Assembly: GCA_038729485.1 (NCBI GenBank)
Contig: JAVYRX010000002.1
Location: 60,739 to 124,738, forward strand
Direction of reading: 5' to 3'
Length of the DNA: 64,000 bases
Origin: Thermoplasmatales archaeon
GTDB taxonomy: Archaea; Thermoplasmatota; Thermoplasmata; Thermoplasmatales; GCA-001856825
The translations under genes and the position numbers were made by a program. Positions 57,183 through 64,000 of this stretch are shown here, in pieces (positions within the stretch are counted from its first letter, which is position 1; each line of letters begins with the position of its first letter). Below the pieces are notes generated by a model. It searched no databases. It was not told where the DNA came from and saw only the letters and a list, made by a program, of their open reading frames with translations.

Positions 57183-57991
57183 CTTCCTGAATAGTAAATC
57201 TATTGAAGGAACCACAATTGGTTGCATGTAAGTCAATTTCCTGCCGGAGTATTGTTGTATGTCTTTTGCAACAGAACTATGTTCTCAACGCATTAAAAGA
57301 AATCAGAACCTTTGGAAACAGACGTCCTATAATAAGGAATAAAAGCGATATTTCAAGAGCAGCATTGAATGGAGTACGCGAATTCAAACAATTAAATATG
57401 AGCAGTTCAAAATATCGCGATACTTTAAAACATTCCACGCAAAGATGGCGAAAGTAAATCAATTTGGTCATCGTATTACGGGACTAGAAGCCACAACACC
57501 AGCTAATTCCGTCCGAAGAGCTTGCAGGCGAATATTGCCCTCCCTAAAAGCGTAGATTAGCGCATTCTATTATAACGAGATTAGTTCCTCAACAATTTAT
57601 TCAGAACCTGACCACAAAAAGGATTTCGAACTTTAGGATATTTCAAAAAATAGGAGGCCGAGAAGATAGTCAATAGAATTGACGCATCAAAATTTCCCTT
57701 TTAATAATTTAAAAGGAAACGGCGATGTTAACTCTTTTGTGCACGGAAATATGTATATATTGTGCCCTTGAGAGTAATAATCACGACTTTAGAGCGATAG
57801 AAACTAAGAGCTGATGGGCCACGCTCTCTCCGTGGGGAGCCGGTCAAAAAGAAACCATGATCTACAGAGAAAATTACCACCTTAAAATTCATTCTCGTGA
57901 AGATTAAGGTTGGCTGATGGAGTTGATGGTTAAAATGCGCGGCTTTTTCCTGCGCAGCGAGTGGGTGACAAATTTGTGATTGTCTTAAATC

Positions 57992-58912
57992 TCATTTGTG
58001 AAGCCTTTGGAAATTATTCAAATCTACTGAAACAACCAATATCCCAACTGTAACAAGGAACAATCCCAATGTGTATTGAACCCTTAATGAGGGATACAGG
58101 ATAAATGAAAACACAATTACAGGTAGGAGTTCCAGATTAGAAAGTATGTTCCCCAAGGTGACCTGGCGGAAACCGAGAGGGCGCAGGCTCCTGTATCCAT
58201 TGACCTCCAATGCTAGCGCAACTACCAGAGAGACGGAAATTACTAGCGAGATAGAGATGTAAACCAGAGTAGGAGCTGGCTCTATCTGGAACTTAAGAAT
58301 TGACCAGAAGATAAGAAGGACCCCACACTCCGAAAGAAAAACGTAGAATATGTTTGAATTTGACGTATGATCGCCCTTTGTAGCTGCGTATACTAGGTAT
58401 GTTGCTGCTGCATAAAGGAAACCCATCACTATTCCCACTATAACGCTCAGGGGCGAGATAATATACTTTCCAGTGGACTGGATATTTTCAACGATAAGAC
58501 CGAATGTTACTAAAAAGAGGCCTACTGAATATTTAAGAAATTTTGTTGACCTATCGCCAGATAGGTAGAGGAGAATAGGTAAAAATAGGACGTTAAACTC
58601 GGCAAACGAACTGGCAACTGCGATATCGTCAGACTTTATTAGGAAATACATGGAGAAATTTGCAATAGCAAATAATATTCCCGATAAAACGGAGAGGAAA
58701 GTGGCTCTGTTAATTGTGCGCGGGATTCCGAAGAAAAGAGAGAAAAATGTTCCTCCCACCATTATTATTAGGAGATAGAATATCGGAAAGTTTTCGCCGG
58801 AAGCAAGTATCAGGAAACCAGAACCTATAAGCCAAACTGAGTATGTTAATGAGGATGAGAGCGAGAGAAGGTACCCGGTCGTACCCCTATTTCCTTGAGA
58901 TTCTACCGACAT
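57992..58912 (-). CDS. DMT-superfamily (EamA-like) ~10-TM permease
   Basis: 306 aa, almost entirely hydrophobic, with two similar 5-TM halves. Its ATG lies 26 nt inside the 3' end of the upstream 707-aa gene. Confidence 0.5.
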   Translation of the reverse strand: MSVESQGNRGTTGYLLSLSSSLTYSVWLIGSGFLILASGENFPIFYLLIIMVGGTFFSLFFGIPRTINRATFLSVLSGILFAIANFSMYFLIKSDDIAVASSFAEFNVLFLPILLYLSGDRSTKFLKYSVGLFLVTFGLIVENIQSTGKYIISPLSVIVGIVMGFLYAAATYLVYAATKGDHTSNSNIFYVFLSECGVLLIFWSILKFQIEPAPTLVYISISLVISVSLVVALALEVNGYRSLRPLGFRQVTLGNILSNLELLPVIVFSFILYPSLRVQYTLGLFLVTVGILVVSVDLNNFQRLHK

Positions 58913-61010
58913 TCCTTGGCCTCATCGGAATCGCATATAAAACAAGAAGCACAAATGCAGATACCATCGAAACAACTTCAATATACAGCGAAATGTGGGA
59001 ATATCCCAAGGAGTTAATGACAGCAACCAATGAGGTCCCTATTATGAGGATTGCAACCAGGAAGTTCAAGATATTTGACTTCCTCGCCTGGGTCAGCTCA
59101 AAAAAAGTACTTGTCTCCCTATAAAGTGTATTCCTCAATTGTGTTGCCCTCTCTTTCAGTTCAATTATACCCATCTGGCGCTGCGCGCTCTGAAGTGCAA
59201 TTTTGAGCGATGTAAAATGTTCAACGTCTATCAGGTTGATCTCCACCATCCTCCTCTCTATTTTTTCCTCCTCTTCGGTGAGCCTCGTTTGCTCCTTCGT
59301 TAGCTTGTATGATATTGCCTTATCTGTATACCTATCTGTTATCCAGAGGAGAATTGAAAATTGAGCCCTCAGCAGCTCTATTTCTGTAACATACTCAGCT
59401 TCTACGCTGTTTCTGATCATGTCTCTTACTTCGAGATTGAAGCCGGCGCCTTTCCACTTTGCTATTAGATCGGGAAGAGTGTAACCTGTTATTTCCTCCA
59501 CGCTATTGAACATTGATTCCTCACTCTTGAAAATAACCAGTGATGAGTTAAATTTGTAATAAGTTAGCGCTGCTCCCACGATACTGATATTTTCACTTTC
59601 AACCGTTGGGCCTGTCGCTTCTTCTATTTCGTGTTTTGAAACTAGTTCGTAGCTTGGATCCCCGTTGAATATACCATACAGGGTTTTGGAATCCATGGTA
59701 CCTACGTATGAGCTCGATACGATCAGTGGATACATTTGTCTAGAGATATCGTATGTGCCTAGCCGCACGCTGTCCGCATCAAAATATTTAAGGATATATT
59801 CAAGTTTCGACTTCATAAAAGAATCCACGGATACACCATTAATTTTGAGCCTGCTCCTCTCTACCAACTCAATTATGAGTTCCGGCAAGATCAGTCCTTG
59901 GAAAGGAAAAGCAAGCTCAACGCTCAAAACACCTATTGAGTTATAAACATAGTAAGTTGACAGTGAAACCCGATATTCCCTCCCAGGAATTGAATTAAAA
60001 GTGACCACAACCTTCTCATTTTCCCACTGTTGGCGAGAGAATCTAATTACAGATCTTCTGTTCAAATAGGAGGTTGAGAAGTTCACGGAATTCTGGAGGT
60101 ACATAGCAAAGATAAAGGGGGACGCCGAAGTGCTATGGAGCCTGTTGTAACCATCCAATGCTCCATAATTTATGAAATTTAATCTCTCCTTGCCCGATTG
60201 CAGAAAAGAGATGAGCTCGTTTCGAAACTCCTGAGGATCGTTCGCGAGCATATCAACATCCAACGTTAAGAAATAGTAAAGGGTAACACCGTCAAAAAGA
60301 AATGGACTTATTCGCCTAAGGGTCAAATAGGGCTCTGAGATTACAGCATCTCTTATTCTTTTGAATTCGTTGATATCATCTGGATTCTTCTTTCCCATAG
60401 CGTATCTGAAATAATCCTTCAGTAGGGAAAGAAATGAACTAACATCCAAATAGGAAGAACCGTTTAAATTTTTGACAAGAAGAAGCAGGTTCCTTGAAGG
60501 CTCCTTGCCTTCTGAAAGTGATGGCTGAGTGTAGTCAACGCAAATTAGCCTAAAATCTAGGTTAGCCCAGAACGGAAGCGAGTTCTTTCTCTCCGGTATG
60601 GCAAGAGGGTCCTCGACCTCGATCATTATGCCCTTTAGTTCATTTTCGGCTCTTCTGGCATCCTGCCAAAGAATATCCTCAAACTTTTTAAGAAGAATAT
60701 TCGCGATACCTTTATTTCTGAGTCTCTCGTCAACTCCTATGAATTCTATGACCCCGAAAGATGATGTGCTGTAGTAATCCCCTATTATGAATCCAGCAAT
60801 TTGAGTATCATTTGCTACGATAACGTGATAGTTATTTTTTCCGTAGAAGTCTGTTGACTTGTTCCTAAGATACTTCTTTATGTTGTCGAGAGATTCACTT
60901 TCTTCAGGTACATTGAAAATTCTGCTATAAAGATCATAAAATGAATCTAACTCGGGAGAGTTGTAAGAAAGTTCTATCAGCTGTATATTTGGTGATCCAG
61001 AAGATCTCAA
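58887..61010 (-). CDS. GNAT N-acetyltransferase domain fused to a large uncharacterised domain and a CorA-like C-terminal coiled coil plus 2 TM helices
   Basis: Residues ~1-190 are GNAT (QIAGFIIGDYY...IEFIGVDERLRNKGIANILLKKFE, motif A R-x-x-G-x-A; ...VDYTQPSL). Residues ~200-640 match no family I recognise. Residues ~590-645 look coiled-coil. TMs are at ~647-668 and ~673-694. The start codon is TTG. Confidence 0.55.
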   Translation of the reverse strand: MRSSGSPNIQLIELSYNSPELDSFYDLYSRIFNVPEESESLDNIKKYLRNKSTDFYGKNNYHVIVANDTQIAGFIIGDYYSTSSFGVIEFIGVDERLRNKGIANILLKKFEDILWQDARRAENELKGIMIEVEDPLAIPERKNSLPFWANLDFRLICVDYTQPSLSEGKEPSRNLLLLVKNLNGSSYLDVSSFLSLLKDYFRYAMGKKNPDDINEFKRIRDAVISEPYLTLRRISPFLFDGVTLYYFLTLDVDMLANDPQEFRNELISFLQSGKERLNFINYGALDGYNRLHSTSASPFIFAMYLQNSVNFSTSYLNRRSVIRFSRQQWENEKVVVTFNSIPGREYRVSLSTYYVYNSIGVLSVELAFPFQGLILPELIIELVERSRLKINGVSVDSFMKSKLEYILKYFDADSVRLGTYDISRQMYPLIVSSSYVGTMDSKTLYGIFNGDPSYELVSKHEIEEATGPTVESENISIVGAALTYYKFNSSLVIFKSEESMFNSVEEITGYTLPDLIAKWKGAGFNLEVRDMIRNSVEAEYVTEIELLRAQFSILLWITDRYTDKAISYKLTKEQTRLTEEEEKIERRMVEINLIDVEHFTSLKIALQSAQRQMGIIELKERATQLRNTLYRETSTFFELTQARKSNILNFLVAILIIGTSLVAVINSLGYSHISLYIEVVSMVSAFVLLVLYAIPMRPRNVGRISRK

Positions 61011-61243
61011 CGCTTTTATAAGGACTACGCGTTAATAATTCTTTCGAGCTCGCAATGTGGACTCTTTTTTGGCAGATATGCGCTCTATAGAAAAGATTGG
61101 CCCAATACTTTGAAAATATTCTCACTATTCATGATTCTTGCTGACAGCTAAGTTATCGGACTGAAAATCATGAACTGAAATGTACAGATGCCCTTCTTTG
61201 CTCGTGAACCGCTCAAGCCCCTATTTAGGGATCGCCAAAGCTA

Positions 61244-61259
61244 GATTAATCTCTAACTC
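61244..61259. repeat. left terminal inverted repeat of the IS
   Basis: GATTAATCTCTAACTC is the exact reverse complement of 62771-62786. Confidence 0.85.
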
Positions 61260-61352
61260 TACCTTTTTTGCATAATATATTTTTGTAGATCCTTTATTTT
61301 AAAGGTTTGCACAGAAAGATCCTTATACTTGCATATTAAGTATGTGCATAAT

Positions 61353-62777
61353 ATGGCTAACCACAATACAAGTAATTAGCATTCTGAATGGGCCCTGAAA
61401 TTCAAAGCAAAGGGTACGCTCGTTGCAAAGCGTGGTGACAGATATTATCTATACAAAGTGTCAAGCCAATGGAACAGCGAGAAGAAGAGACCTCAACTCA
61501 AGACAGGCGAGTTTCTCGGACGCATCACACCCGAAGGTCTTATTGAACCAAAGACAAAACGCATGATGAAGAGATATGATCAGATATCTGTAAAGGAATA
61601 CGGTTCATCATTTTTGGTGCATCACATTTCCACTGATATTATTGAATGCCTCAAGGATCATTTTACGGAGTGGAGGGATATATTCGTATTTTAATGCATG
61701 AGATTGATGTATCATTCTCCAATCAAGAATGTTGAATTCCACTACAAAACGTCACTCCTTTCTGAAACGATCGGAGACGCCCATGTGTATCCGGATGCTC
61801 TTGGCTCCATGCTTGGCACAATTGGAATGGACAGAAAAGCCATGGTGGATTTCTTGAGATCGTTCGTGGGAGATCATAGGTATCTTGCAGTTGATCTGAC
61901 ACACATCCTCTCCATGAGTGAAAACGTCATATCCTCCATGCTAGGCCATAACAGCATGGATGAATTACTTCCACAGGTGCAGCTTCTGTTCCTTTTCTCA
62001 CTTGATCGTGATGCACCCACATATTTTCGCATACTTCCAGGTTCCATTAACAGTGTTGCATCTTTGAAACTCTCCATGGAGGAATCAAGTGCAAATAGGA
62101 TTGTTCTCGTATCAGATACAGGTTTCTATTCAAAATCCAATATATCCTCCCTGGATTCCATGGGTATATCCTACATAATACCACTAAAGAGGAACTCAAA
62201 ACTCATCTCATATGATTCTGAAGGGGGAAAACATTTCATGTTCCAGGATCATACCATATTTTACAGCAAATATTCTTCATCGGGAGAGACAATGTTCACA
62301 TTCAGGAACTATTTCCTGAAAGCTGAAGAGGAGAAGTATTTCCTTGGAATGAATAAATCAACAAAGAGATTCACAGCCATAAGGGATCGCATGGGCACAA
62401 TATCCGTTATAACCAACCTGAAAGTACCAGGTGAGATCGTGTATGGCATGCTGAAATCCAGAACCGACATAGAGCAGTCGTACGATACGTTCAAGAACAC
62501 AATTCATGCCGATAGGACATACATGCGCAATGATCAACAGATGCAGGGCTGGACCTTTGTGAATTTCATTGCACTGATCATTCATTATAGGATATACAGT
62601 CTTTTGAAATCAAAAGATCTGTTAAAGAAATATTCACCAGTGGATGTGATACAGCACATATCAAGAGTATTCATGCTGAGGATCGGAGAGGAGTGGAAGA
62701 TATCAGAGATTCCAAAGAAGTCAAGATTGCTGATGGAAGGGCTCGACATACCTATTATGCAAAAGAGCTGGAGTTAG
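61353..62777 (+). pseudogene. DDE transposase, single frame interrupted by in-frame TAG (61377-61379) and TAA (61692-61694)
   Basis: ATG 61353, ORF 61458-61694 and ORF 61698-62777 all share one frame. The read-through product would be MANHNTSN*HSEWALKFKAKGTLVAKRGDRYYLYKVSSQWNSEKKRPQ...VF*CMRLMYH.... The DDE context is AVDLTH, LVSDTGFYS and SRTDIEQSYDTFKN (R-x3-E-x6-K). Confidence 0.75.
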
Positions 62778-62786
62778 AGATTAATC
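62771..62786. repeat. right terminal inverted repeat of the IS
   Basis: GAGTTAGAGATTAATC overlaps the last codons and stop of the transposase frame. Confidence 0.85.
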
Positions 62787-63301
62787 CTTAAAAGATCTTT
62801 CTCGCAGGTAGTTTAATTAAACTCCCCTAACATTCTATGAAAATTTTCACATTTTCGGCACTCAAATCTTTGTGATGTAGAGATTTCCATGTTATGCAGG
62901 GCACAATTTCCTCGGTTTCTGGACTAGGAGAATTTTCCTTAAACTACACCGCTATTTTGAAGGAACTACTTTTTACAAATTGAAATCCTAATCTCCGTTT
63001 ATTTAACGTTCCTGTGATCCGCTTTTCAGGTTTTGACTTGATGGTAAATCAAAAGGGCGTTTCTACACCTGACAATCATGTCTATCAATAAAATATTTAT
63101 ACTGTGCCACTCCAAATTTTAGCATAAGTAATTTGGCTAGGATAAAAACCCGTTTATTCTATGCTCTAGCATTTCACCTTTTCAACAGCGATGGAGGAAC
63201 TTTGAGATAGGATCGAAGTCAGTAATTTGAACTATCACGTAATTATTTTATCACTAATGATATAAGCGAAACATTAATGAAGTAAATTAAGCTGATCATG
63301 T

Positions 63302-64000
63302 ATGAAGCATGTAAGCAGAGCTATATTCCTCGACCAGGAGGAGATACCAAAAAAATGGTATAATATTCAAGCGGACCTCCCGTCTCCCCTTCCCCCTCCG
63401 CTAGACCCTTCAAGTCTGGAACCCGTGAAACCGGAAAATCTATCAAGGCTCTTCGCCAAAGAACTTGTGGCGCAGGAAGTTTCAAAAGAAAGGTACATAG
63501 ACATCCCGGAAGGTGTATTGGAAGCATACCGATGGCTTCCAAGGCCCACACCACTTATCAGGGCATATGGACTTGAAAAATTTTTGAAAACGCCCGCAAG
63601 AATATACTACAAGTGGGAGGGTAACAATCCAGCGGGCAGTCACAAACCGAACACTGCACTCGCCCAGACGTACTACAATGCAAAGGATGGTACCGAAACA
63701 CTCACAACAGAGACCGGTGCAGGTCAATGGGGTTCAGCCTTAGCTATGGCGGCTGCCTACTTCGGTCTAAAGGCAAGGATATACATGGTCTCCGCCAGTT
63801 ACAGGCAAAAGCCTGGAAGAAAGGTAATGATGGAAACGTGGGGGGCCAGGTGTTTTCCTTCACCCAGTGAAAACACGGAATTCGGGAGGAAGCTACTGAA
63901 GGATGACCCAGAAAATCCAGGTTCACTCGGTATAGCTATATCGGAGGCAATTGAGGATGCGCTGACCCATGAAAACACCAAATATTCACTTGGCTCTGTA
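63302..64000 (+). CDS. trpB2: TrpB2-type tryptophan synthase beta-like PLP enzyme (3'-truncated by window end)
   Basis: Hand translation gives [36 protein letters not shown]...[15 protein letters not shown]...[19 protein letters not shown]...[13 protein letters not shown]. This is the TrpB2 N-terminal extension plus the PLP Lys motif. It is absent from the ORF track because no stop lies in the window. Confidence 0.85.
   Translation, partial: MKHVSRAIFLDQEEIPKKWYNIQADLPSPLPPPLDPSSLEPVKPENLSRLFAKELVAQEVSKERYIDIPEGVLEAYRWLPRPTPLIRAYGLEKFLKTPARIYYKWEGNNPAGSHKPNTALAQTYYNAKDGTETLTTETGAGQWGSALAMAAAYFGLKARIYMVSASYRQKPGRKVMMETWGARCFPSPSENTEFGRKLLKDDPENPGSLGIAISEAIEDALTHENTKYSLGSV

Larger units (their letters stand above)
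61244..62786 (+). mobile_element. decayed IS element (IS4-superfamily, IS1634/ISH3-like), ~1.54 kb
   Basis: Perfect 16-bp terminal inverted repeats, GATTAATCTCTAACTC (61244-61259) and GAGTTAGAGATTAATC (62771-62786). They extend inward to ~34 bp with ~30 matches. They enclose one DDE transposase frame broken by two stops. No clear target-site duplication was seen. Confidence 0.8.

Noticed and set aside
57203-57471. 84-aa plus-strand and 64-aa minus-strand ORFs after tRNA-Ser
   Set aside because: They overlap each other and have no recognisable motif. The plus-strand one starts at a non-ATG codon. They are treated as non-coding, and the region is reported as a finding instead.
61377-61379. In-frame TAG in the transposase as pyrrolysine or programmed read-through
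   Set aside because: The second interruption is TAA, not TAG. There is no Pyl context in the window. Decay of an IS copy is the simpler explanation.
61244-62795. Target-site duplication flanking the IS
   Set aside because: The immediate flanks (GCTA on the left, CTTA on the right) do not match. A shared AAAG 3-4 nt further out is too weak to call.
63321-63981. Several 60-81-aa minus-strand ORFs
   Set aside because: All are antisense to the clearly recognisable trpB2-type gene, which the ORF track missed because it runs off the window.
1-64000. CRISPR arrays, rRNA genes, additional tRNAs
   Set aside because: Reading through the window, no regularly spaced direct repeats and no rRNA-like segment were seen. 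Only two T-arm-like GTTCAAATC motifs are present, and both belong to the called tRNAs. This was a manual scan, not exhaustive.

Overview
Compact archaeal chromosomal segment. It looks euryarchaeal and Thermoplasmata-like from gene content and order, but the taxon cannot be verified from the sequence alone. Most of the window is housekeeping. The backbone is the large ribosomal-protein superoperon on the minus strand, from L3 at 28156 down to L15 at 16812. It continues into secY, adk, a DUF106 insertase, cmk and cbf5 (12409-16831). Two essential genes too short for the ORF track were recovered by hand: S14 (20638-20799) and Nop10 (9996-10157). Left of this block lie pyrF, an AcnX (DUF521/DUF126) pair whose small subunit is fused to a Nudix domain, asnS, an NMD3 homolog, ileS, the L44e-S27e-aIF2alpha-Nop10-PAC2 cluster and a Na+/H+ antiporter. 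Right of it lie a class II (B12) ribonucleotide reductase, rpiA, xerA, an acyl-CoA dehydrogenase, a QueG-like Fe-S protein, truD, bcp, an aldolase/SDR fusion, a tandem ThyX-like protein, a DhnA-type aldolase, an S9 peptidase, a gltD-like oxidoreductase, hom, apgM, kptA, and tRNA-Ala(UGC) and tRNA-Ser(CGA). The only clearly accessory stretch is about 57.2-63.3 kb, directly after tRNA-Ser. It is visibly AT-richer and ORF-poor. It holds an overlapping two-gene unit (a 707-aa GNAT / unknown domain / CorA-like two-TM fusion plus a DMT permease) and a decayed IS element with 16-bp perfect inverted repeats and two in-frame stops in its transposase. The window ends inside a trpB2-like gene. Best candidates for a second look: the GNAT-fusion/DMT unit, the AcnX-Nudix fusion, a 455-nt ORF-free region (29258-29712) with nested long-range complementarity and a well-placed TATA box (candidate structured RNA), and the tandem ThyX-like protein with complementary motif loss. 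No CRISPR array and no rRNA was seen. All calls rest on reading translations and motifs by eye; no database search was possible.
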